Of a stretch of DNA of 64,000 bases, positions 36,350 through 49,039 are shown in pieces (within the stretch, counting starts at the first letter, position 1; each line of letters starts with the position of its first letter). Made by a program: the position numbers and the translations under genes. Under the pieces are notes generated by a model that saw only the letters and a program-made list of their open reading frames with translations, made no database searches and had not been told where the DNA came from. The DNA lies in NCBI GenBank assembly GCA_013239625.1, contig MU053881.1, positions 12,290,879-12,354,878 on the forward strand. The letters are read 5' to 3'. This DNA comes from Lama guanicoe (taxonomy: Eukaryota).

Positions 36350-38150
36350 AAATATAATTTAAACATGACTAAAGAAGACATAGAAAATATAAATAGAATA
36401 ATAGCATTTTAAAAATTAGGTCAATATTTATTTATACATACAGAATCAAGCAAGCCAAGGCTGTTTAAAAAGTAAATTTTCTCAAATTTTAAGAAATAAA
36501 TAATTTTAATCTCATACAAACTATTCCAAAGAACTTTAAAAAGCAGCAAGCTCTCCAATTCATCTTATGAGACTAGAACAACCTTATCTTGAAACAGATG
36601 AAGAATATATGACAAAGAAAAAAACACAGCCAACTCACCTGAGCATGGGTATAAAAATAGTTCTTAAAAAGAGAAGTTCTTAAAAAGAGAATATTAACCC
36701 CCTCCATCACACCACAAAAAAATGTTAATTCAAAATGGATTTCCTATAAAACTTAAAGTTATGAAGCTTCTAGAAGGTAAAAAGAGGAAACCCTTACAAC
36801 CTTAAGGTAGGTAAAAAAAAAATTTAGATAGAACACATAAGACACAAGTCATAGAAAAATGGTAATTCGGACTTCAAAATTAAATGGTTTGGCTTTTTTA
36901 AAGACATCATTTTTTAAAAATGAAAAAGCAAGCCACAGACTAGGAGAAAATATTCCAAAATCATATATCAGGTAAAGGGCTTGTAGCCAGAATATACTTA
37001 ACACCATAACTCATTAATAACAAAACCACCATTTGACACAACATTGTAAAATGATTATAACTCAATAAACAAAAGTTAAAAAAAAGAAAAAGAAAAAGAA
37101 AACCACCCAATTTTAAAAACAGGGCAAAATTTGAACATAACACTTCAGAAAAAAGAAGTACAGATAGCTGAGAAGCACATGAAAAGTTGGAAATCATCGT
37201 TAGTCATCAGGGAAATGCAGATTAAAATCATAATGAGCTATCCTGACACCTAGATTAGAATGGCTGAAATTTCAAAGATAATCACATCAAGTAAAGGCCA
37301 GAATGTAGGGCAACTGGAATTCCCATAGATTGTTGATAAAATATAAAATAGTATGTCCACTTTAGAAAACAGCCTGGCAGTTTCTTTTTTTTTTTTAATT
37401 AGACATTCACCTACCATGTGATCCAGCCATTCTACTCTTAGGTGTTCACCTAAGACAAATGAAAACACATGCCCATACAAAGATTTGTGTACATGAATCT
37501 TCATAACAACTTAGTTTTAATAATAGCCAAACACTGCAAAGAACCTGAGTGTCATCCGCAAGTAAATGGATGAACAAACTGTGATGTATCTATAAATGGA
37601 ATGCCACTCAGCAATAAAAAGGAATGAAAAGTGGGTTTAACTATAGGCACGTATCACTGAAAGTCACGAATTAATGCAAACAATTAACAAAAATTGTGAT
37701 CATCAGTTAATGCAAAAAAGGACCTTCTAAAATTCAAAATCCATTCAGGCATTAAAAATAAAGTGGCAAAACTAGGAAGGAGAAAGACACTGCCTTAATC
37801 TGATAAATAGTATCTTCAAACAAAAACCTACAGCAAACAGAATAGTTAATGATGAAAAGTCAGAAGTGTTTCCTTTCAAGTCAGAAACAAGCCGAGGCTG
37901 TCCAACCACTACTTCTATTCAACACTGAACCAGAGGGCAGACAATGCAGAGAGGAATAAAATGTATAACACTGGAAAGGAAAAAACTAACTGTTACTATT
38001 CATAGGCAATGGCACTGTGAACATAGAAAATCTGGATTATTCTATGGGAAAACTATGAAAACAAATAAAAAGAATAAGAAGCTTGCTAGCCATAAGATGG
38101 GTTTCTTTTAAAGTTGTTTCCAATACATCAGTAAACAATTAGAAAAAATT
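36350..38150 (+). mobile_element. nested L1 ORF2 relics: old RT-region L1 (about 36350-36690 and 37630-38150) interrupted by an ORF2 3' segment (about 36695-37630) that holds a tiny L1 tail (37031-37098)
   Basis: RT-region motif 'gaaacaagccgaggctgtcc...acttctattcaacact' and ORF2 3' motif 'tagtcatcagggaaatgcagattaaaa'. TSD aaaaccacc flanks the inner insert. Confidence 0.85.
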
Positions 38151-38160
38151 TCAAGGAAAT

Positions 38161-38590
38161 TGGTGGTTCAAAAACTCGATCGCTTCCCAGGTGAAATCTG
38201 AAACTGACTCCCATACATGGAAGACAAGGAGAGATGGAAGAAAGAGATGGCCCACTCCACACTGGCAGGTGGCAGGTTTAAGAACCAAAGGAGCTTACTT
38301 GTGAGGGCAGCCTTTGGTGGCTGCAAGACTGAGCAGATCGCCACCACCAGCTACTAGAACCCTAAAATTATATATAGCGGTCTTCATTGGGTTCAGTCAC
38401 ATATACTACCCAGATGGTCTCAACACCTTACTCTCTCTCAAGGCTACATCCTTGAACCAGCTCCTAGTGTGGGAATGGTGGCCAGAACATAAGGACAGGA
38501 GAAGGGGGGAGGAGCTTCCAACTGCCCAGGTCCAGCTTGTGGGTCAACCAGCAGTCACACCCTCTTCATGACCTCCTCCCTCCTTCTACA
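38161..38590 (-). mobile_element. ERV solo LTR, 430 bp
   Basis: TG...CA termini with a perfect 5-bp TSD gaaat at 38156-38160 and 38591-38595. TATA-like 'tatatataa' on the minus strand at about 38370. Confidence 0.8.
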
Positions 38591-39224
38591 GAAATATGTT
38601 GTTGCAAAAAACAAAAGGGAGAATGAGAGTGTAGTCAGGAGGTAAGTATAGAAAACCTTATAGTTCATCCATAAAAGTCAGACTTTTTCCTGAGGGCAAG
38701 ATCTTGGGGGCTCTGACAAGTCTTATGCAGGGGGAACAACAGTTAGATTTGTGTCATAGGAAGGTCCCTATGGCTGCAGGACTAGGCAAATGCAAACAAG
38801 ACCACAAACCCCATCTGAACTATGCACACAGTCTTCAAACAAAAGGCAGCTACCGTCAAAGCAAGAACCAGCTCCTTTCCACAGGGCGAGATTTTCCTTA
38901 AGAAAAACCCAATTCTGCCTTTGGAGGCAAAAAGGAATTTATGCAAATAGGAGACCGCATAACAGTTTGTGAAATAAAGATGCAAAGGATCTAGTAAATG
39001 ACAAGTTTATTAGGGGCTCACCGTGAGTGATATAGCTACTGGGAAAGTTGTTGGGAAATTATAAATTAAGGAAAAAAGATAAAAGAAGAAAAAGAAAATC
39101 TCACGACCTCTCTGACAGCACGCTAGGCCGTTGTGTCCTGTTTTGAACACTGTTATCTGTGTTTTAAGAGGTGGCATTAGACATTAGCATCAAGAAAGCT
39201 GAGAAAGGAGGAACATTCAGATAT

Positions 39225-39794
39225 AAATTTTTCAATGCTCCTCCCATTGAAAGGTAAACCCTATGTCCCTTCTCCTCACCTGATTAGACTCTGTGAATTC
39301 TCTGATCAAAAGAATGTAGCTGACTCTCTTAACAGTCTCTGGGCCCAGACATTAAGGTGCTTGGTAGCCTCCACCTCTTCCATCTTGGAGCACTGAGCCA
39401 CCAAATAAAATGACCATCTAACCAAAGGCCACCACGCTGTGAGGAAGCCCAAGCTAGCCCAGGGAACACCCTTGTGGAAAGACAGAAGCCCAGCCAGTCT
39501 CAAGATACTCCAGGACCTAGCCAATCAAATCTTGGCCCAGACCAGAGCCAGAGAGACTGATGAAGGCATTCTGGACTGCCAGTCGGAGTCAAACCAGCCC
39601 CGCTCACGTGTAGACTGCAACCCCCTGAGAGATCCAAGCAGGAACCAGCCAAGTGAGTTCAGCCAACCTCCCGATTCATAAGCTGGAACAGTAACAGAAT
39701 CACCATTTAATGTTATACCACATGTAAGCATTAATAGAATAAAAAGTGGTTTTTAGCCATTAAGCTTGTTATACAAGAACGGAGAGCTAAAACA
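39225..39794 (+). mobile_element. MaLR LTR (MLT1F/G/H-like)
   Basis: 'ctcctcccattgaaagg', 'ggccaccacgctgtgaggaagcccaagctagcc' and 'gactgcaaccccctgagagatccaagcaggaaccagcc'. Confidence 0.8.
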
Positions 39795-39824
39795 GGAGGT
39801 TCCTGGCTCACGGGCTGTTTTCCT

Positions 39825-40100
39825 GCCACATGAGGACTGATTAAAAGAACAGTGTGTATTTAGCCTGGAGAAGGGAACACTTCAAAAAAGGCCAATCACC
39901 GTCCTCAAGGATTTGAAACTCTGGCACGCGAGTTAAAGAAGAGCTTTATCTTCCAAAGGACAGATCTAGGACCCAGATCAGATGATACAGAGAAGGAGCC
40001 AACATCGGGTCCCTTGAAAGAAGAAGCATCCAACGATCAGTGTGGTACAAGAACGGAAAAGCATCATCATGATGTCAGAAACGATTCTCTCTAGACACGT
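39825..40100 (+). mobile_element. L3/CR1 LINE fragment
   Basis: 'tttagcctggagaagggaacact...tcaccgtcctcaaggatttgaa' is a CR1 ORF2 3' motif. Confidence 0.65.
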
Positions 40101-40105
40101 TCAAC

Positions 40106-41006
40106 TGCATAGACATCTTTCCAAAGAGGAAAAAAGCAAGTGGCAAACAGGCACATGAAAAGATGCTCAATGTCGCTCATCATCAGGGAAATGCAAATCA
40201 AAACCAAAATGAGACATCACCTCCCACCTGTCACAAGGGCTGTCGTCGAAAAGACCACAAATAACAAATGATGGCGAGGATGTGGAGAAAAGGGACCCCT
40301 TGAGCACTGTTGGTGGGAATGTAAATTGGTGCAGCCACCGTGGAAAACAGTGTGTATGTTTCTCAATAAACTAAAAATAGAACTATCATATGGCCCAGAA
40401 ATTCCACTCCTGGGTATAAAGCCAAAAAAAAACCCCAAAACACTAACTCAAAACAAATACGTGAACTCCAATGTTCATAGCAGCTTTATTTACAATGGCC
40501 AAGATATGGAAGCAACTTAAGTGTCCATCAACAGATAAATGGATAAAAAGGATGTGGTATATACATACAATGGAACAATACTCAGCCATAAAAAAGAATG
40601 AAATTTTGCCATTCACAGCAACACCGAAGGACCTGGAGGGCATTATGCTAAGTGAAATAAGTCAGGCAGAGAAAGACAAATATTGTATGATACCACTTCT
40701 ATGTGGAATCTAAAAAATACAACAAACTAGTGAATATAACAAAAAAGACGCAGACCCACAGATAAAGAGAGCAAACTGGCGGTGACCGGTGGGGAGAGGG
40801 AAGGGGAGGGGCAACATAGGGGCAGGGGAGTAAGAGGTACGAGCTAGCAGGTACAAAATAAGCTACAAGGATAGATCGTACAACACAAATATAGCCAGTA
40901 TTTTATAATAGTTATAAATGGAGCATAACCTTTAAAAAGTGTGAATCACTATATTGTACACCTGTAACATATAATACTGTACACCAACTATACTTCAAGA
41001 TAAAAA
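40106..41006 (+). mobile_element. L1 3' end (L1MA-type): ORF2 C-terminus plus 3' UTR
   Basis: ORF 40471-40713 MFIAALFTMAKIWKQLKCPSTDKWIKRMWYIHTMEQYSAIKKNE is the canonical L1 ORF2p C-terminus. G-rich tract at about 40790-40830, ending 'caactatacttcaa'. Confidence 0.95.
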
Positions 41007-42857
41007 CCAGAAGCCTGACCAGGTTGCTGGGCTCCTACTGTGTGCTTCAGAGAGGCGACGACTAACTGTAGGCATCTGTCTGAACGAAAAGCAGCCTAGC
41101 TACTCTCAGTTCCTACTCTTTGGAAACACTGACTCATGAAGCCATCAAACTCCATGGCCTTGACTTCAATTCACCCTACGCTTAAACAAGACAAATTTCG
41201 TAGAAATTATACATGCATTCTATTTGTGAGATGTTCACAAAAGCAAATTGTACAAATGCTACCGGGAACCTCTTCTAGTATTTTAAGAACTTTCCGGAAA
41301 CACTTAAAGCCAGGAAGAGATGTCCTTTATGAACACCTCTTTCACTCACCTTGGATAATGACGTCCCTGCTCTAATAACTCACCATAATCCAGAAAAGGC
41401 ACTAGTCATCTTAGAGTATGCTCTTATTTTACACCACAAAAATAGATAAGGCGTTATCCCTGTTTCACAGATTAAGAAATGGAGGCACAGAGAGGTTAAG
41501 TAAACAGCCCAAAAGCACAGCCATTAAGCCTCAACTCTTACCCAGCTGGTCGGTTGCCTGGGCAGACTGAAGAATCCTTGCCACAGAAAGCAGTGACTTT
41601 AACTGAGGAGTTCCCTGGAAGCCCCAGCCATACCTGTTTCTTGGTTTCCACTAATGCTCCTATTTGACTATCAAACGTGTTATTAAGTTGTTGTGTTAAA
41701 AAAGCAGAAAGGAGAACAGACTGAGAATGAAGAATCTCTCTTTATGTAGAGGTGCAGTTATTTGGAGGTTCCTAGGCAGAGTTTAAGACAAAAACGCCAG
41801 CAACCTTTCCAAAGGACTAAGAAAACCATCCGTTGGACTGCCTACTGTATATATTTAAAAGCCACCCCTGGATCTTTCTTCATGCCTGGGGTCACAGGGC
41901 GCATGGGGAAGGTTGGATGGTGGGATACACAGTTATTCGTGGGGGTGTTTTCTGCAGGGGCTTGGACCAAATGACCCTTCAAGGTGACTTTGGTGTCTTT
42001 TGCATCCACAAGCGGTGTTTATATTCAATCCCAGATCCGACAAGCTTCGCTAACCACAGAAGTTGGGCTAAAAGCCAGATGCATCCCACACATCCCTGCG
42101 GTCCTCCTGCCTTCTGGCAAACTCCAGGACCAGATTGGAAAATCTGTGCCCAGTTTAGGGGCCAAGTTCGGTGTGATCCGGGGATGATTTATACGGCTTT
42201 GTTTGGAGCCCACACGATATGTGCTGCTTTGGCCAGATTTAGCTTTGGGGTTTCTGACTCACTGGAAGCAAAACGTATCAAATTGGGACAGATGGGCGCC
42301 CCATCAGGGATCAGAAGGGTCTCCTCTGAATCTTGTGGGACACTGAGACAACTGAATTTCCCACCTCTCTCCTCAAAAGTCCAGAAAACACGCCACGCAG
42401 GTGGTGTCAGGGCAAAGGAGCCGAATGTCCAAGTGCTTTCCAGGATTTGCCAAAAATAAAAATAAATTGCTTTTAATTTCTGACGGGAGAAAGGCTGGAT
42501 TGATTTTTATGGGCTCGCCTCTAAACAGCAATTTACATGCTGAAACTGTAAAGCTGAGGGTAAAATATCCCTTCCAGGTGATCTGAAACCCGTTGATTAA
42601 TTTCAACTTGACGACCTTGCTCCCCTACAACAATAGAACTTTAATTCATCTCACTCAGGCTGCCTTGAACGGGTTTTTCTACAATCGCTTAACAACCAGC
42701 AAGGAGTGGCTATTTCGGCAGACAGAATCCTTATTAATAAACACAAATTAAATGAAGCATATCCAAAGAACCTGGTCCCGGTACCAAACTAAATAGAATC
42801 TCTCTGAATATAATAGTAAAACACAATCCCCATCAGAAGCATTTCAGATGCTGTAAG

Positions 42858-43195
42858 GCAACTCTGCTCAATAGATAGGAATGAAATGCAAGCCACCAAT
42901 ACGAGCCACTACGTTATTTTAAAATTCACTAGGACCCACATTAAAACCTAAGAACAGGCGGGCTTAATTTTTTTAAAATATTTCTTGTTTAACACAATAG
43001 AGCTAAACAATGATCATTTCCACATGCAATCAATATAAAACGTTTAATGAGATTTTTTTTTCATGTTTTTTCCATGTAAGTCTTTGAAATCTGGTATGTA
43101 TTTTACACTTAACAGCATCTCAGTTTGGACTTTCCACATTTCAAATGCCTCCAGGGACTTTGGTGACCAGTAGCTACCATTAGTGGACGGTGAAG
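42858..43195. mobile_element. MER33-like hAT-Charlie element
   Basis: 'aagtctttgaaatctggtatgtattttacacttaacagcatctcagtttggact...catttcaaatgc...agctaccattagtggac'. Confidence 0.85.
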
Positions 43196-43965
43196 CTCAG
43201 ACATCTCTCAGTAAGCAAATGTTACAGTTAGGTCAGATGCAAGTGACCAGGAGACGAATGACAGCTTTGATCTCCCAGAAATGGCAACACTGCAGAGGCA
43301 GTACAGCAGTAAGCTCTCAGGAATCTGAGAAAAGCCTGCCCAAGCTTTACCCCTGCCTGCCTCAACTTCCCTGCCTGTAAAAATGAGGGTAAGAGCTCTC
43401 GCCATCCCCTCCGGCTTACCGGGTAACTTCGTGAGTACAAGTCAGCGCTTGGATCTGATCCTGACCCAACAGAACAATCAACACCTGGTGGCAAGGAGAG
43501 GCTGATCAGAAATATCTCGAAGGCAAGGACTCTTCCTTATTCATCACCGTTAAGTCCTAGGACCTGGCTTAGACCTGGTAACTGGTGGTCAACACACACT
43601 TTAATTTTAAGATGTTAAGAGTGGTGAGACACTATAACGCAGTGCTCAGATCCTCCTTTCAGAAATAAAAGGAATTTTACTCAGGCGGCGGGGCATGCTG
43701 CCTGCAGACAGCCGTCAGCGACCCTCTCACTATTGGGATTGCCCCAGACAGAGAGCAATGGCTGGCTTAAGGTCAAACAGCTTTTCCAGGGTTGTTTACT
43801 GACAACATGACTATCGGCCAGGTCTCTCCTCCTGGGGAGGGCAGGGCTGAAAGTCCTCACCCTTGTGTATGTATCCTTGGGCACGCCTTGTGCACCAACT
43901 TCACCCTCCACCCCATCCTGCTCTCTTCCCCTCTTTCCACAGGTGTGGATCCTAAAAGTACTCCC

Positions 43966-44541
43966 TGACTGAGAATGTTGCCTGCCATTTCAAAGAAGTG
44001 GGCAGCTGAGACTCTGCGGCCACGCCCATCGGTGCCCCCTGAGGGGACTCAGGATGGGAAAGAACAGGATACTGGCCCTAGAGAGTTAAGGTGCATATCA
44101 GAGGAATGATTTCAATGAGCCCGGACCTTTGCTCCTTCCTATACATAGAAAAGCACTAAATTCCTTAACTTGAGGTATCTGGTTTTCTTTAACAGGAATC
44201 TTTTTTTAACTTAAAATTTGGGGGGGGGTAATTAGGTTTACTTATTTGTTCACTTTTATTTTTTTGGAGGAGGTACTGGGGATTGAACCCAGGACCTTGT
44301 GCATGCTAAGCATGCGCTCTACACTGAGCTATACCCTCCCACACCCTAGGAATCTTTTGATGTTCCAGCTACCTGGTCTTTGTTGCAAAAACTCCTATAC
44401 ATCCTGGCTCCTCCGCTACCTCATCGGAGCAGTCCCTCAGCGTGATCTGAGAGGCTGTCGTCCCACACGTAAGTCCTCAGAAATGTCCGCCTAATAGAAT
44501 ATAACTCTTAACTTTCAGATTGTGCATATTTTTAATAGACA
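43966..44541 (+). mobile_element. ERV-type solo LTR interrupted by a SINE
   Basis: Starts 'tgactgagaatgttgcctgcc', TATA-like 'cctatacatcc', ends 'tgtgcatatttttaatagaca'. The sequence is continuous once the SINE and one TSD copy are removed. Confidence 0.7.
44205..44347 (-). mobile_element. Vic-1-like SINE
   Basis: 'ggtactggggattgaacccaggaccttgtgcatgctaagcatgcgctctacactgagctataccctccc', with an 11-bp TSD aggaatctttt at 44194-44204 and 44348-44358. Confidence 0.95.
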
Positions 44542-46059
44542 TACACAAGCCCCAGAACCCCACTGTTGATGATAAGAAAGAAGAACTGCCCGTGGAAAGA
44601 AGAGTTAAGAGGGTGAACACATAATATTTACCGATGGTTTTCGAACAATTCCTATTAACCAGGCCAGTGCACACCTCGCCCTTATACCACGCACGCTGCC
44701 TTAAATCTCTGGGTCTTCCCACCAGCAGGTCATTTCTTCTAAGACACACAGCCAAGCAATGACAGAAAGAACAAGAATAGCTCCAAGCACTGAGACTCTT
44801 TCAAGAGAGCCTCTTTTCTTCTCTCGGTTATCCAAGACCCACACGCTACAACCAGACAGACGCACGCTGCAGTGAGCCCCAACCACCGGCTTCTCTCCCA
44901 TCTCGGACTTTCAAATTCTTAAATTTGCCCTTTACTTAAAAAAGTCAATGATTTCACCAAGAAAGTTTGATTAGTTTCTTTTACTTTCTGTAATGAAGTG
45001 CCATCCTTTTTACACTTGAAAGGATCTTTGTAATAATGCAACATTGATCTTTTGAATACAGATGAGCTAACCTAGATAATGGGGTTTAGAATGTGAAAGA
45101 CCAGAGGTAGGATGATATTTAAGGCTCCAGTGCCATCAAGAGGAATTGCAGCAAAAAACCATCTGTTTCCAGAGACAGTGTCTAGTGCCACATTAATAAA
45201 TGTAGGATCATGTTCCCTCCTGCACAAAGTTTTTATTTTGTCCAATATCTTGAGAGATGTCGATATGCTGTGTCCCCAGACGTCAACCACCCAGTGCAAA
45301 AAAAAAAGAGATTTAACGCTGAGATCTGTCCTTTCCAGTCTGCAGCTTTATACCTCAAAGGTCGAGAACTGGGATTCAAATTTGACACTAGAAAGCAATT
45401 CTAGTAAAATTTAAAAAAAAAGGAAGTTATTTATTCAAACAAAACTCTTTTGTATCAGGCTTAGGTAGAGGCTAGGGATATAGGGATATATGAATGAATT
45501 AAATACAGTTCAAGCCCTTGAAGAACTGAAGAGGGGAGGTAGGAGAGGTTAGCTTTGGAAAATGAAGTATATTCTCCAGGAGGCAATATAGTAGACAGAT
45601 ATTTTTCTTCCACCTTCCCAGCCCTTAGAAAAATAGAGAAAAGAGAGCTGTTTTGGTGGCCCCACCCTCCAAGAGAGGCGGAGTGGAAACATCCTTCTAC
45701 ACAGCGTCACCCACAGGGGTCGCTCTTGCTCAGTCAAGGGCAATGTCACATCTTCTGTGTGTGGAGCAATGTTAGATCTGACATCAGGACAAAGTGAAAA
45801 GAATGATCATGAAAAACCGAGTCCAGGGACAAGTCCAGGGGGATCCATGCTACTACTCTCTCTACTTATAGTCTGTTTGAAATTATCCATATTTTAAAAA
45901 TCAAGTTCAAATCTAGTTTGAGGAGCTATAACTAACTCACAGACAAAATCAAGTGTCAAGTCTGAGACACTAATGATAAGGTACTTAGAGCCAGAGAGAG
46001 CTCAGTGTGGGTTAAATCGATCAAAGCAGCCCCTGGGACTTGGATGACAGAAGAGCTGA

Positions 46060-46290
46060 TAGTTAGGGCTCCCCTGCTCTGCACCTGGTGGTGTGAGAAG
46101 CACTTCCCACGCACTGTCTCACTCAGCCCTCACCTGGACTGTATGAGGGTGCTGCCCCTACTCTGCAGATGAGAAAATTGGGGCCCAAGGTTAAATATCT
46201 TACCCAAGGCTTTCCAGTTCTTAGGTGGTAGAACTGAAATTTGAACTCTGTTTGACCTGAGAGCCTGAAGTCTTCAACAACTAAGTCACA
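46060..46290 (-). mobile_element. MIR
   Basis: 'ctgcagatgagaaaattgggcccaaggttaaatatcttacccaaggc...gaactgaaatttgaactc'. Confidence 0.8.
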
Positions 46291-46797
46291 CCAAATACTT
46301 GACAAAGAGCGAGGATGGATCACGAGACACGGGACCAAGAAGGAATCTGGGATAGGTCCACAGTGAAAGGTATACTGGAAGACAACAGGTAGCGATGTAA
46401 GCAGATGTCATGAGGGGAGATTAGCCATGAAGAGTCAAGTATGAGGGCAGAGTAAGTATGCTAGACCTTGGGAAGTCGATAAGGCCAAAGGCATTGGGAT
46501 GACGGACAGGAGACCAAAGCAGGGATGCCCTTACTGGAATGCCTCATAAGACAGGGACGTGGTTACCAGATAAGATGGTTAAGAGTACAATTCTAGATGC
46601 AGAATATGAATTTCCAGAAGAGCAACAGCAGAGATGATTGAAACCCTCATTATATTCTGCTTAGGAATAGAATTGGTCCCATTCTCTGGCCTTAGGCTCC
46701 CGCACTTAGGAACATGATAACCTCAATCACCATGGTCAGACCTGTGGCCTCCAAAACATGTACGGTGACATTCTGGTCCCATGAAGTATTAAAACAG

Positions 46798-46892
46798 AAG
46801 AGAATAAAAGAAAAAAAAGGGGAAAGGAAAGAAAGGAGGAAAAAAGAAGGAAAGGAGAGAGGGAAGAGGGTGAGAGGAAGGAAGAAAAGAAG
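46798..46892 (+). repeat. A/G-rich low-complexity polypurine tract
   Basis: About 95 bp almost purely A/G (gaaaggaaagaaaggagg...). Confidence 0.9.
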
Positions 46893-48109
46893 AGTTTTGA
46901 ATTCCTAGGTCCAAATCCTTTGAGGAACCCTGCATAAGATAGCACCCTTTGGGAGAGTTACAATGCACACTATAATAAAGTTCCATTTAAATGAGCAACC
47001 ATTTTCCAAATTTATTTGTCTCCTGAGCCCCACAGGGCACACCCTAGAAATGCATAGTTTAGAGAAATGCAAGGGCAGAGAACCAAACCCCCACTAGCCT
47101 TCTCCAGAGAAGGAAAGGGAGTGGGGATGGCAGGAGAAAGAGGCACGACAAGGAGCAAAGATTAACCAAGAATCATGACTGGAAAGAGTCAAACATTCCA
47201 TTTGAAAAAAATTAAAGCCAGATTACCAAGGAACTGGAAAGCCAGAATGGACAGAAAGTGGGAGGTTCCTGTCCTGAGTACTTGTTAACATCAACAGCAG
47301 AGATGGAATGTGCCGGATCTAAGAGCTCAAAATCTAAATCAGGAATGTGGAGGGGGGTGGGAGGTGGGAAGTGTTTTTATCTCAAAGGCAGTGTTTGCTG
47401 TGGAAAGTGCCAGAGCTGTGACATTTGGATGCCAGCACTGTCATTTCACCCTCTGTGTAACCTTGAGTTAGGTACTTCATTTCGCTCCATCCGCTTTCCA
47501 GCAGACAGGGGGGGAAAAGGCTTAAAGAAGGATTGTGACTTGCCCAACATTCCACCACAAAAAGCTTCACAGCCAGGGTTCAATACCAGGTATAGCTGCC
47601 TCCATAACCGTCGACCTCGGCCACGGTATTATACCATCTCCAAGATCCTTTCCTTCCACCCCTCAAAGGGCAAGAAAGCCAGTCACTCACCCAGTCAGTC
47701 TCCATGGTTCCCCCTTGGTACCTCTGCGTCTACATCTCCCTGGGAGTCAGCTGAGAGCATCACCTTGGCCCCATTTCCCAAACAGGAAAGGTTTTACTCC
47801 AGTAAAACTACTACTTTACTACCAAGTTACATAATATTTGTTCTCTTGTTTCTAAAAATTCACCAAACTCCACCTTGAGCAAATGTATTTTTATTCCAGA
47901 TACTATTACTACAGTTGTTTTATTTCAAGCTAACAGATACACCCAATTCAGTTGTATCTTTGGACACGGTACCTAAGAACAGCACCTGCCCGTTTTCTTT
48001 TGCGTCACCTCACTCTGAAACCTACACGTGACGATCAGCTCTAGAGCGCACCAGTCCTAAGGGCTTTTTTTTGGTTTTGGTTTTTGTTTTGTTTTGTTTT
48101 TCCTCATCT

Positions 48110-48670
48110 CGTTTCTCTGGCCCCTGGCAGGTCTGGGGTGAGCAGCCCCGGCGCCCGCAAGGGGTGGAGCGCGGGTTCTGCAGCCGAGCCGCCCCGCCGG
48201 GTCAGCCCAGATGCTCCCTGCGCCCCGCGTCGTCGGGAGCCACAGGCCCGCGGGCGGCAGCTCTGAGGGTGAGAGTGCAGAGAAAGCCCGCCTGAGCCTC
48301 GGCTTTCACTTGTAAACAGAGGCTTTGAAAGAGCAAAGTTGTGAGTTTGTCTCCACGAAAGCAAACTTCCCCTACTGTTTGCTTTGGGCGTTTTGCCCAT
48401 GTCTCTGCAGAGCGAGCATGGATTTCCTGTCTGTTCCTCTAGCCACGCGGAGCTCAGCTGCCACCGTGAGGCTCCAGGACAGGCATCCGGCCGCCGAGTC
48501 CGGGTCAGAAAGTGCTTGCGTCTCCCGCCCCGCCGCTCCCTTAACCTTTCTTTCCCCAGCCCGGCCAGGCAGTGAACTGCAACGTGCTGGAGAGCCGCGG
48601 AGCTCTGCTCCCAAGACAAACCAAGAGCGAGCCCGGGGAGGGCCGCCCAGGCACGTGTTCCCTGATAAGG
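48110..48670. promoter_or_regulatory. CpG island, candidate (alternative) promoter or enhancer
   Basis: The densest CpG/GC stretch in the window. GC boxes 'gccccgcc' at about 48191 and 48527, forkhead motif TGTAAACA at 48311-48318, CACGTG at about 48652, TGATAAG at about 48663. Confidence 0.75.
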
Positions 48671-49039
48671 TAGTGGTTACCTGGCAGGGCTGTAGCTAAG
48701 ATTAAACGAGATTATCTCAATTTAACCAAAGGGATTTAAAAAAAATCAAGAGTAGGATGCTCCACCCAAGGTCAATCCCAGGCCTGCACACCTTGAAAAA
48801 CAGAGCTCTCCCAGGTGCGGAATTCAAGGTGCTGGCCAGACCAGGAAATGTCTCTAAGAGCTGCAGCATGGAGGTCCATATTTGGGCTCATTTTTCTGGA
48901 GACATGGGGAGCCCTCACTATATCTTTCATTTCTCTACTTTGAGACAGACATGGATACTAAATTCTCATTTTCCTTTTTATTGTAACAAAACAGTGTCAA
49001 TGCGATTTCAGTCGGCACCTCCCTTAGTGTCAGGGAAGC

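Noticed and set aside
40217..40713. ORFs with real protein similarity
   Set aside because: They are L1 ORF2p C-terminal remnants, or antisense reads of them, in a 5'-truncated and disrupted element, not host genes.
41833..42459. Longest ORF (208 aa, +)
   Set aside because: Non-ATG start, no recognisable domain and random-looking composition. An ORF of this length can arise by chance in 64 kb.
47258..47878. 206-aa ORF (+)
   Set aside because: Runs through MIR-like sequence (about 47420-47640) and has no recognisable homology.
48071..48699. Several overlapping ORFs on both strands
   Set aside because: Explained by stop-codon scarcity in a GC-rich CpG island. The peptides are R/A/P/G-rich and unrecognised.
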